Assembly (NCBI GenBank): GCA_016180645.1
Contig: JACPAV010000025.1
Coordinates: 1 to 64,000, forward strand
Reading direction: 5' to 3'
DNA length: 64,000 nt
DNA from: Nitrospirota bacterium
GTDB taxonomy: Bacteria > JACPQY01
The position numbers were made by a program, and so were the translations under genes. Shown here one piece after another: positions 56,092-63,928 of this stretch; the stretch's first letter is position 1, and the number at the start of each line of letters is the position of its first letter. The notes below the pieces were generated by a model, which did not search any database, had not been told where the DNA came from, and saw nothing but the letters and a program-made list of their open reading frames with translations.

Positions 56092-57635
56092 AGGCCGGCG
56101 CGGCTCAGAAGCCTGCGCACGGCGTCCACCCCGACTTCCAAATCCGACTTGGACAGAATCCGGTCGATCGTGTGGGGCCTAATCTCTGTCTCCACCTTGG
56201 CGCGAGCCCGATCGGTAAGCTCTTGCGAAACGGCGAGGTCCTTCGCGGCCGTTCCGATCTTGTCCGCCTGTTCCTCCGTGAGCGGCACGGCCCCCCAGCG
56301 CCTGAGCTGCTCCCTGTAGAGGCCAAGGTAGTAGAACCTTTCTTCAAGAACGTTTTCCATCCTTGAGACCAGAGCGTCATCCAGCGAACCCGGCTTGCGG
56401 CTCCCTTCGAGAATGATGCTGAAGAACTCCCGGCTGTCGGAGGCGAGGCGCTTCAAGTTGGATGCGACGGGGTCGAGCATTTCGAGCGGCTGGAACTGGG
56501 GATCTCCTTCGGGCGGCTTCCAGCGGCCGGAACCGGCGCGTGATGGCGTGGGGCCCGCGGCCTTGTTGCGGATCTCCTGTCCGCCTTGGCGGAACGCGGG
56601 TAGGCTCGCCGATTTGGTGGCGGTCCGGCAGCAGAACTTGTATTTCTTGCCGCTCCCGCAAGGGCAGGGGGCGTAGACATCGCCTGGAGGCATGCCGACC
56701 CCAGGCGTCACGTCCCGCCCTTTCAGGAGGTCTTCGGGAGCGAAACCGAGATTGTCCAGGTCGAGGTTCCCGTCGGCAAAATCACCCGCAAGGACGGAAC
56801 TGAGCGACCCCAGCATGGACTCGCTCTCCTTGCGCATCTGGTCCAGACGGTCTGTACCCACCCGGTGGAGGAGATCGTTGAGCGGCCCCCGGTTGCCGTT
56901 TTCCGCCTCGCGGCACGCCGCGTTGAACTCGTTCGAGATCTCGCCCCACTTTTCGCGCCACGCGGCCATGAGACCATCGCGATCCCGCACGCGCTCCTCG
57001 TGTGAGGAGGGACTCGCGACGGTTTCGGCAGGAGGCGTGAACGAGAGATCGAACCGCGCCCGTTCTTTCGCGTCGCCCAGGAGCGACGTCAGGAACCGGC
57101 TGCGGGCCGATCGGCCGACCTCCCGGAAGCCCTCGAAGGCCTTGGGAGAAAGATCCCGAACGTGTGCGAAGACGCGCGAGACCTTAAGGATGCCCTCCTG
57201 GACCGACGCGAGAACGCGGGCCATGTCGTCCCACGATTCTCGAATGAGGTCTTCATTGATTTCGGGCATCGTGGCCTCGGCGAAACCGAGCCGCCTGCGG
57301 ATCGCGGGTGGGGCCAGGATCGGGTAGACCCCCATGCGCTTCATGACGAGTTTCAGGCGGAAAGAGAGCATTTCCGTCAGGCCGAAGGCGAGGTCAACCC
57401 ACTCGGTGAACTTTCCGACTGATTTTTCGCGCTCCAACCGGAACCACTCGGAAGCATGCGGATACTCGTCGCGCGTGACGACCTTCTCCCCGGCAGGATC
57501 GGAACGCTTGCCGACCTCGGTGATGGCGAGACCGCGTGTCCGCGCGTCATCGAGGAGTTTGTCCAGGTGGGCGAAGACGAGAGGGAGATCCTCCTCGGTC
57601 ACGACCAAGTTGCGCGCGGGACACTTTTCAGCCAC
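56088..57635 (-). CDS. Tn3-DDE-fragment + SEC-C motif protein
   Basis: GGAGGA RBS with GTG; INEDLIRESWDDM.R..AS..EVGR..F (Tn3 TnpA segment); PCPCGSGKKYKFCC. Confidence 0.75.
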   Translation of the reverse strand: MAEKCPARNLVVTEEDLPLVFAHLDKLLDDARTRGLAITEVGKRSDPAGEKVVTRDEYPHASEWFRLEREKSVGKFTEWVDLAFGLTEMLSFRLKLVMKRMGVYPILAPPAIRRRLGFAEATMPEINEDLIRESWDDMARVLASVQEGILKVSRVFAHVRDLSPKAFEGFREVGRSARSRFLTSLLGDAKERARFDLSFTPPAETVASPSSHEERVRDRDGLMAAWREKWGEISNEFNAACREAENGNRGPLNDLLHRVGTDRLDQMRKESESMLGSLSSVLAGDFADGNLDLDNLGFAPEDLLKGRDVTPGVGMPPGDVYAPCPCGSGKKYKFCCRTATKSASLPAFRQGGQEIRNKAAGPTPSRAGSGRWKPPEGDPQFQPLEMLDPVASNLKRLASDSREFFSIILEGSRKPGSLDDALVSRMENVLEERFYYLGLYREQLRRWGAVPLTEEQADKIGTAAKDLAVSQELTDRARAKVETEIRPHTIDRILSKSDLEVGVDAVRRLLSRAGL

Positions 57636-57756
57636 CGGGATCCTCCATTGCGTGCCGTACCACGGCACATGCCGGGCCGTCAAGGTGAAGCACCGAAATC
57701 CGAGCGTTGAGTGCCTGGCCCCGGAAGGACATAATCCGGGCGTGGATTGGAGAATC

Positions 57757-59106
57757 ATGCTGACGGTCTTTCTGCTGCTTGCACCCGCCGGTGTCGGTTG
57801 CGCGGGTGACGGTGAGACATGCGGTTCGTCGGCGTCCTCCGTGACGCCGTTCCGCGCGGGAAAAGACTTCATCTACGACGCCTCGGAGAGGGTCACAATT
57901 CCGAGAGGTGTGAACGTCCCCGGCAACTACGACTATCCGTTCAAGTACACATCGGCGGATCTGGACCTGATCGCCTCTTTCGGCTTCAACTTCATCCGGC
58001 TCGGGATTTCCTGGAAGCACATGGAGCCGAAGGAAGGGACCTATGACATGGCGCACGTCGATCAATACCGAAACTTCATCCGTGAGGCGGGTGAGCGCGG
58101 CATCTATGCCATGATCGAGGTCCACCAAGTCAACTGGTGCATGAAAGGGGGCGACGTCCCCGAATGGATGTGCGAGGAAATACCCCCATTGTGGGACGAC
58201 CTCGGGACGATCCTTAAAGAGGCTGACCGCTTCTGGAAAAGCGAGGAACTTCGGGCCAAACTCATTCGCTTCTGGATATTTCTGGCTCGGAACTTCAACG
58301 ATCTTGACTCCCTTTTCGGCTATGACATCCTCAACGAGCCCACATCGAGTTACGGCATCCTTTTCGGGGAATTCGAGAAGTGTTGCCTCTTCCCCTTCTA
58401 CCGGAACGTCATTTCAGCCATAAGAGAGGTCGACTCGCGCAGACCCATTGCTCTGGAGCCGAACGTCCTTTCCACCGCGCTTCGCGACTACACCGAGCCC
58501 TTCCCCTACGACAACCTGCTGTTCTCGCCGCATCCCTACTTTCCCCACACCTACGGGGGGCAAGGGCTCATCATCTTGGCGAAAGAAACGCCTGTAGACA
58601 TCAGGGAAAAGTATGGGAGGTACGTCCAAGAGGCGAAAGTCATGGGCGTTCCTGTCCTTGTGGGCGAATACGGGGGTCCGGAAGAAGACAAGCATGACTT
58701 TGTGCCCGCGTGGTTGGAAGAAAGCCATCGAATGCAGGACCAGTATCTGTTGGGAGCCGCCTACTGGGTGTATAACCCCGACGACACGATGTGGTCCATC
58801 GTAGACAGGAACAGAACCCCGAAGCCCTACTATCTTGAGCGGCTCCGGCGACCCTACCCGAGATTCACCGCCGGCATCCCGCTCTCGCTTTCCTTCGACC
58901 GTTCGGAGGGGCACTTTTCCTACTCGTACGCGCCGTCCGGCGGCTCGTGCGGCACGACGGAGATATTCCTGCCGCAGGCCATGATGGAAACGGGCCACCT
59001 GCGCGTGGCGGGGGCGCGAAAATGGTCGTACGATCCGAGCCGGGAGGTGCTCGCTGTCGGGAGCGCGAGGGCGAAAGAAGTCCATGTCGAAATCGCGTCC
59101 GAGTAG
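57757..59106 (+). CDS. GH5 endoglycoceramidase-like glycoside hydrolase lipoprotein
   Basis: RGVNV, GFNFIRL..W..EP, H(Q), YDILNEP acid/base, PHPY, VGEYG nucleophile, RPYP..AG C-domain. Confidence 0.9.
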   Translation: MLTVFLLLAPAGVGCAGDGETCGSSASSVTPFRAGKDFIYDASERVTIPRGVNVPGNYDYPFKYTSADLDLIASFGFNFIRLGISWKHMEPKEGTYDMAHVDQYRNFIREAGERGIYAMIEVHQVNWCMKGGDVPEWMCEEIPPLWDDLGTILKEADRFWKSEELRAKLIRFWIFLARNFNDLDSLFGYDILNEPTSSYGILFGEFEKCCLFPFYRNVISAIREVDSRRPIALEPNVLSTALRDYTEPFPYDNLLFSPHPYFPHTYGGQGLIILAKETPVDIREKYGRYVQEAKVMGVPVLVGEYGGPEEDKHDFVPAWLEESHRMQDQYLLGAAYWVYNPDDTMWSIVDRNRTPKPYYLERLRRPYPRFTAGIPLSLSFDRSEGHFSYSYAPSGGSCGTTEIFLPQAMMETGHLRVAGARKWSYDPSREVLAVGSARAKEVHVEIASE

Positions 59107-59968
59107 GAGACTTGCGCGCCGCCTGCTGGTTCTCGCGTCGGTCGGGGTGCTCGTTTCCTGTGGCGGGGAAAGTGGTCCTGCCGCCGTGGACACGGGCCGG
59201 ACAGAGATGGAGGGCCTTGTGGCCTGGACGAAAAATCCATCGCTTCAGAAAGGACTGGGGCTGTGGGAAGCGCGGACGTTCTGTTGGACGATCGGCGGGG
59301 ACTGTCGAGACAACATTCGGTCAAGCCGGGCGGAGTGGACGGGGGACGGGAACGTGTATCTGCGGGCCGAGGATGAGAACATGGGAGACCTCGGAACTCA
59401 CGTGGCCGCCCTCACCCAGGGGACGGATTTCGACGGTCACCCTCGGGGGACGTCGCTGCTGCAGATCAGGAACGGCGATGTTGAAGCGGCGTACATTCTG
59501 TTCGACCGCTCCGACGCGGGCGCCACGGGCTGCTCCGGCGTTGCCGGTTCGGGCAACATCATCAATTTCTGGCTCCGCCATCCTGAAACGGGCGCCCGCT
59601 GGGTGACGGACTTCTACTTCGAGACGGTCGGCCTAAACGCCGGCTTCGGGGAGCGGGCCGCGCCGCACAACGAGTTCGTCCAGGAAAGGACCCTGCTCGG
59701 CATCGACTGGTACGCCTACCAGTTCGAAATCACCAAGTTCCCCGACTACTGGAGCAAGACCGTCGACGCCGAAGGTGTGGAACACTGGGTCATCAACTTG
59801 AAGGCGTTGCTCGACCGGGGCGCGGCGTTCTCCGGACGGGACCTGAAGAACTATGTTTGGCACTACGTCGAAGTGGTCTCGGAGAACGTCTGCGCCGGAG
59901 GGAAAGTCGGCGAAAGCGCCTCTTGGCAGCGCGTCCACTATTTCGAAATCCGGATGAAGCTTCGCTGA
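59084..59968 (+). CDS. Hypothetical lipoprotein
   Basis: Lipobox LVSC; overlaps the GH5 stop. Confidence 0.7.
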   Translation: MSKSRPSRRLARRLLVLASVGVLVSCGGESGPAAVDTGRTEMEGLVAWTKNPSLQKGLGLWEARTFCWTIGGDCRDNIRSSRAEWTGDGNVYLRAEDENMGDLGTHVAALTQGTDFDGHPRGTSLLQIRNGDVEAAYILFDRSDAGATGCSGVAGSGNIINFWLRHPETGARWVTDFYFETVGLNAGFGERAAPHNEFVQERTLLGIDWYAYQFEITKFPDYWSKTVDAEGVEHWVINLKALLDRGAAFSGRDLKNYVWHYVEVVSENVCAGGKVGESASWQRVHYFEIRMKLR

Positions 59969-60108
59969 TGCGACGCCGTCCGATCCTCGACCGGGGAGAC
60001 GTCTCTTACCTGTATAGGTCAGGCCACTTCGCTCGGTGCGAGGGGATAGCCAGGATAGCGTGTCGCACGTTACCCCCACCGGGGGCCTGGGATACAGGCC
60101 AGAGCGGT

Positions 60109-60322
60109 ATGCATGAAAGGGCTTGCGCGGGTCATCGGGAACAGTTGGCGATATGCGTTCGTTGCCACGTAACCCTCTGCGGTCGCGAGGTCCGATGCCG
60201 CCATTGTAGGATGCTTTTCCCGACCGTGAATCCGCCGGCTGGCGGAGAGCGGCGCGCTCATGGCAGTTCTCCTGGCCCTTTCCGCTTTCGCCGTGGGCTT
60301 GGCGCTTTGAATCCAGGGCTGA
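60109..60322 (+). pseudogene. Frameshifted paralog of 54743-54949
   Basis: CVRCHVTL..RCRHCRML, then the TM segment in another frame with a premature TGA; same ccagggctga end. Confidence 0.6.
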
Positions 60323-60710
60323 TGGCGTCGCTTGCGGTCTTGCTCTGAGCCGGAAACCTCAGCCGATCCACCGCCGCGGCCAATTCCTCTGTCTTTCGCT
60401 CCCTCGCGTACTCGGCAAGCTGCCCAACGGTCTCGTCGGGGAGCGGCAGCGCGGCACCGAGCATCCGGACCAGACACCGCTTGCAGACCCTTGTGGAAGG
60501 GATCCGCATCCCTTCCTTTTCGTTCTGGTAGTAGGTTTCGCCCTCCCGGATCTTGGCGCGGCAGTCGCAACGGTGCTCTTTGCGCGCCTGGACGGGACGG
60601 AATTCCCAGAAAGCGCGGCCGATGCGGTTGAACAGCGTAAGGGCATTCTGAAAACTCCCCTCCGAACTGAAGAAGGAATGCCATGACCGGTCGAGTCTGG
60701 CGCGCGTCAC
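60258..60710 (-). CDS. Hypothetical zinc-finger protein (start uncertain)
   Basis: ARKEHRCDC..I..GE.Y..CKRC. Confidence 0.45.
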   Translation of the reverse strand: MTRARLDRSWHSFFSSEGSFQNALTLFNRIGRAFWEFRPVQARKEHRCDCRAKIREGETYYQNEKEGMRIPSTRVCKRCLVRMLGAALPLPDETVGQLAEYARERKTEELAAAVDRLRFPAQSKTASDAISPGFKAPSPRRKRKGPGELP

Positions 60711-60772
60711 CTGCTGCGCACTGCGGGCAGTGGTCTGGCCATTCGACGAGGGCAGCCGGCGTGGTTTTCGGC

Positions 60773-62227
60773 TCAGGCGTGCCGCTCTTCCACCTTCTCC
60801 ACGAAGGCGAGAACTCTCGCGGCGAGTTCCCGGCCCCTGTGGACAGCGGCCTCGAACGCCCGGAGTTCCTCTCCACGCCCCTCGACGGCCGGATCCCCTC
60901 TCCACGCGTCCAGAAGGCGGCAGTACGCCAGGAGGGACTGGTTGTTCTGGGACCACCCCGAACGAATCCGACCGCAGACAACCGGATGGAGCGACCCTCT
61001 CAGGCGCGCGGCCTCCTCGATGATCCCGGCGAAGAAAACGGCGTTATCGAGCCAAGTCCCGACTTTTTCGCGAAGCTTCGGGAACTCATCGGAGGAGGGA
61101 ACAAGCGGATTGCCGTACCGGTCGGTCGGAGGCAGATCGAGCAGCTCGGGCCCGCTCCCGTCCAAACCGGGCTCGCCGAAAACCTGCCTGCGAATCCGGT
61201 TCACCGCGCCGATGATTTCCTTCAGGAAAGGCGACGGCGCAAAATCGGTCTCCTTGAGGTCTCCCGTCTGGAGGGCTTCGGCGACAAGAGACATAATCTG
61301 AAGCTGGAGCGCTTCGTGCTCCCGGAGCATCTCCTCGCGTTCATGTTCGGGTAAGGTATGAGCCACGCGGCGCGCCGCGGACTCGCCTCCCGAGACCTGA
61401 GCCGCCTGAACTTGCTTGAAGACCGATCCCCATCTCTCCTCGAAGACCTGGCGCCGCGCCATGAAGCTCACCCACCGAGGGTCACCCCAGTCAACCTGTC
61501 CGCGTCGCTCCGGACGGGGGCCGACGTAGTTGCCTTCCTTGTCGCGCCAGAGGGGCCAGTGAGGAACGAGTCGACGGTCCCGGAACTCTTTGTCCCTGAT
61601 ATAGCGCATGTAGAAAACGCTGCCGATCGCGCGACCAAGCTCCCGATACCCCTTGAACAGATGGGGGAACTCCACCGGCAGGCGTTCGAACGCCTTCGAG
61701 GCCGGCAGCCGATAGGTGAGAACGGAGGCGGCGATCCGACACATCTCGTCCCAATGCTCCTCGAAGTGCTTCTTCTTCACTACGCCTCCGAAACATTTCT
61801 GCGCCTTGGGCGGCAGCTTCTGGCCGGGCATGGAGTAGAGCTTGAAGGTGCTCCCCGGGGAGAGGAAGAGATGGAGCTCGAAGCCCATCAGGTGCATGAA
61901 ACCGAACGCGCAGTCGATCACTTCGCTCCTCGGTATCCCGGGCGGCCATCCCCGGACGGCGTCGCCCCCGCCCAGTTCGTAGTCCACGGGCATGGCCGCG
62001 ACGATTTCCTCTTCCTCGTTCCGAGGGAGCTTCGCGAGCGTCGTCCCCTGGCTTTCCGCGCGGTTCTTGAACCCGTCAATCAATCTGAAGGCGATAGGGA
62101 TCTCGGACTCGTGCGCGACGAAGATTTTCGGGATGGAAGTGAGCTTCTCCTCCAACGATCCTCCGACTCCGCTTTCGTAGCACTTGACCCGCCGCGCGTC
62201 AACGGCATCCACCCACGGGTGTTGCAC
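60773..62227 (-). CDS. Tn3-DDE-fragment protein (paralog of 56088-57635)
   Basis: AFGFMHLMGF..LY..EEHWDEM.RIAAS..AS..RL..ELGR..F..YI.D..FR. Confidence 0.75.
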   Translation of the reverse strand: MQHPWVDAVDARRVKCYESGVGGSLEEKLTSIPKIFVAHESEIPIAFRLIDGFKNRAESQGTTLAKLPRNEEEEIVAAMPVDYELGGGDAVRGWPPGIPRSEVIDCAFGFMHLMGFELHLFLSPGSTFKLYSMPGQKLPPKAQKCFGGVVKKKHFEEHWDEMCRIAASVLTYRLPASKAFERLPVEFPHLFKGYRELGRAIGSVFYMRYIRDKEFRDRRLVPHWPLWRDKEGNYVGPRPERRGQVDWGDPRWVSFMARRQVFEERWGSVFKQVQAAQVSGGESAARRVAHTLPEHEREEMLREHEALQLQIMSLVAEALQTGDLKETDFAPSPFLKEIIGAVNRIRRQVFGEPGLDGSGPELLDLPPTDRYGNPLVPSSDEFPKLREKVGTWLDNAVFFAGIIEEAARLRGSLHPVVCGRIRSGWSQNNQSLLAYCRLLDAWRGDPAVEGRGEELRAFEAAVHRGRELAARVLAFVEKVEERHA

Positions 62228-62345
62228 GCCTGCGTACCCCTGTTCAACCGGTGCGTCAAAAGCCGGTCCCGCATGCCGGAGGAATATCGAGCCGAAGGCG
62301 CAACGTTCGGCCTCGTCTCCCCGACAGAACCGTCACTTGAACTTC

Positions 62346-62419
62346 CGGTCCCGGCCGGACTTGAACCGGCTTTCTCCGCCTTGACGGGGCGGCGTCTCGA
62401 CTGCTTCGACTTCGGGACC
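62346..62419 (-). tRNA. tRNA-Asp(GTC)
   Basis: Cloverleaf folded by hand; anticodon loop CC-GTC-AA; G73. Confidence 0.85.
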
Positions 62420-62471
62420 CTCGCTCCTGCCCGGATTGGAACCGAGGTCTACGGCAGGAGCCTGGAAACTG

Positions 62472-62543
62472 TGGCCCGTGCGAGAGTCGCACTCGCTTCA
62501 CCGGATTGAAAGTCCAGTATCCTAACTCGTAGACGAACGGGCC
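62472..62543 (-). tRNA. tRNA-Glu(TTC)
   Basis: Acceptor GGCCCGT/ACGGGCC; loop CT-TTC-AA; T-loop TGCGACT. Confidence 0.85.
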
Positions 62544-62544
62544 G

Positions 62545-62617
62545 TGGCTCGAAAAGGATTCGCACCTTTGCCTGCGCCTTATGAGAGCGCCGTGCCTGCT
62601 GATTACACCATCGAGCC
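62545..62617 (-). tRNA. tRNA-Met or Ile2 (CAT)
   Basis: GGCTCGA/TCGAGCC; loop CT-CAT-AA; T-loop TGCGAAT. Confidence 0.85.
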
Positions 62618-62619
62618 TC

Positions 62620-62694
62620 TGGTAGCGGGTCCAGGATTTGCACCTGGGATCTCGTGGTTATGAGCCACGCGAGATACTACTTCTCCAACCCGCG
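62620..62694 (-). tRNA. Initiator-like tRNA-fMet(CAT)
   Basis: C1:U72 mismatch, CGCGGG start, encoded CCA. Confidence 0.85.
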
Positions 62695-62784
62695 ATCAGG
62701 AGCTCGACTATTGAAAGTAGTGTGGTAGGTTATCGCTCGCGCATTCGCGGGCGATCTTCGTAGAAGGATTCCGCGCCCATCCGG

Positions 62785-62855
62785 ACACGGCTGCGGGAGT
62801 TGCACCCGCCTGATGTGGGTTGCAGCCACACGCCTACCTGCTCGGCCAAGCCGTG
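62785..62855 (-). tRNA. tRNA-Cys(GCA)
   Basis: CACGGCT/AGCCGTG; loop CT-GCA-AC; U73. Confidence 0.85.
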
Positions 62856-62919
62856 CGCGGATAAACGCGGACTACAGTCCGTCTCGAAAGAAATCGTTAC
62901 AGCCATCGTGTGATCTCCG

Positions 62920-62992
62920 CTGGGGAGGTGGGTCTCGATCCCACAACTTCCTGATTAACAGTCAGGCCCGTTGCCGATTGCGGTACTCCCCA
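62920..62992 (-). tRNA. tRNA-Asn(GTT)
   Basis: TGGGGAG/CTCCCCA; loop CT-GTT-AA; G73. Confidence 0.85.
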
Positions 62993-63084
62993 GCGCAGAC
63001 CACGCGCCAGAGAGTTCCTATTGCCCGGACCCAGTTTCTTCATGCCCATCATGGTACTCCTTTCGTCATTCTCTCGTCAAACTT

Positions 63085-63156
63085 CAGGGAAGCAGGGACT
63101 CGAACCCTGGTCTGCGCTTTTGGAGAGCGCATGATTGGCCGCCATCTTCCTCCCCT
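63085..63156 (-). tRNA. tRNA-Trp(CCA)
   Basis: AGGGGAG/CTTCCCT; loop CT-CCA-AA; weak D-arm. Confidence 0.8.
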
Positions 63157-63158
63157 GT

Positions 63159-63230
63159 TCGGCGCGGGAAGGTACGATCTTCCGTCTGTCGGTTATAAGC
63201 CGACTGCTCTCCCTATTGAGCTACACGCCG
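63159..63230 (-). tRNA. tRNA-Ile(TAT)
   Basis: D-stem GCTC/GAGC; anticodon arm GTCGG-CT-TAT-AA-CCGAC; A73. Confidence 0.8.
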
Positions 63231-63237
63231 TAACCTT

Positions 63238-63323
63238 CGGAAGGTGAGGGAATTGAACCCCCGCCGGACGTGCCGGGATCGGTTAGCAACCGATTGCGAC
63301 AAACCGACATTCGCCTACCTTCC
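63238..63323 (-). tRNA. tRNA-Ser(GCT)
   Basis: Long variable arm; loop TT-GCT-AA; G73. Confidence 0.85.
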
Positions 63324-63327
63324 AAGC

Positions 63328-63402
63328 TGGAGCCTCCGGCCAGTATTGATCTGGCTTCTCCGCGTTACGAGTGCGGTGCATCACCTTTTATGCTTCAGAG
63401 GC
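63328..63402 (-). tRNA. tRNA-Thr(CGT)
   Basis: GCCTCTG/CGGAGGC; loop CT-CGT-AA; encoded CCA. Confidence 0.8.
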
Positions 63403-63405
63403 ACG

Positions 63406-63477
63406 AGCCGCCGGAGGGCGTCGATCCCTCTTTTCCTGGGTACAGGCCAGGCGTCTTTCCATCTCGACCTCAGCGGC
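63406..63477 (-). tRNA. tRNA-Thr(TGT)
   Basis: GCCGCTG/CGGCGGC; loop CC-TGT-AC. Confidence 0.75.
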
Positions 63478-63484
63478 AGAACTT

Positions 63485-63555
63485 TGCGGGAGCGGGGACT
63501 TGATCCCCGGCTTCAGGCTTGGAAGGCCCGCTTGCTTCCACTACAACACTCCCGC
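63485..63555 (-). tRNA. tRNA-Gly(TCC)
   Basis: GCGGGAG/CTCCCGC; loop CT-TCC-AA; A73. Confidence 0.85.
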
Positions 63556-63562
63556 TCATGTT

Positions 63563-63749
63563 TGCGCGGGGCCGGCCTCGATCCGGCATGGACCTGTGTG
63601 TAGGACAGGCGGCTCTCCATTCACCCCGCACCAATCCCGAAACAAGCGTGTTGATGTTGAAAACACGAAAGGCGAAGCCGCCTTCGGCTACAAATCAACA
63701 CCTGTGCAGACGCAAACACAGGATTGGTGCGGGGTTCGCCTACCCGCGC
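63563..63749 (-). tRNA. tRNA-Val(TAC) interrupted by a ~115-nt D-loop insertion
   Basis: 5' part GCGCGGG-TA-GGC-GAA (63749-63735) and 3' part (63622-63563) join into a standard 72-nt cloverleaf once one GAA copy is removed. Confidence 0.75.
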
Positions 63750-63757
63750 TTCAAATT

Positions 63758-63829
63758 TGCGGAGTGCGGGCTTCGATCCCCACCCTTCCGCATACCAAAC
63801 GGACGCACATCCAACCGTGCTCTAGCGGC
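63758..63829 (-). pseudogene. Chimeric/pseudo tRNA-Thr(GGT)
   Basis: D and anticodon arms intact (TT-GGT-AT), but 5' GCCGCTA does not pair with 3' ACTCCGC. Confidence 0.6.
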
Positions 63830-63836
63830 GAAACTT

Positions 63837-63923
63837 CGGAGAGGGTGGGATTCGGACCCACGTCCGCCGGTCGGCGGATTCGGTTTTCAGGACCGATGCC
63901 TTCAACCACTCGGCCACCTCTCC
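63837..63923 (-). tRNA. tRNA-Ser(TGA)
   Basis: GGAGAGG/CCTCTCC; loop CC-TGA-AA; long variable arm. Confidence 0.85.
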
Positions 63924-63928
63924 CAACT

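Noticed and set aside
56088-62227. Active Tn3 transposon
   Set aside because: The ORFs are about half TnpA length and lack the catalytic motif; no resolvase or 38-bp terminal repeats were seen.
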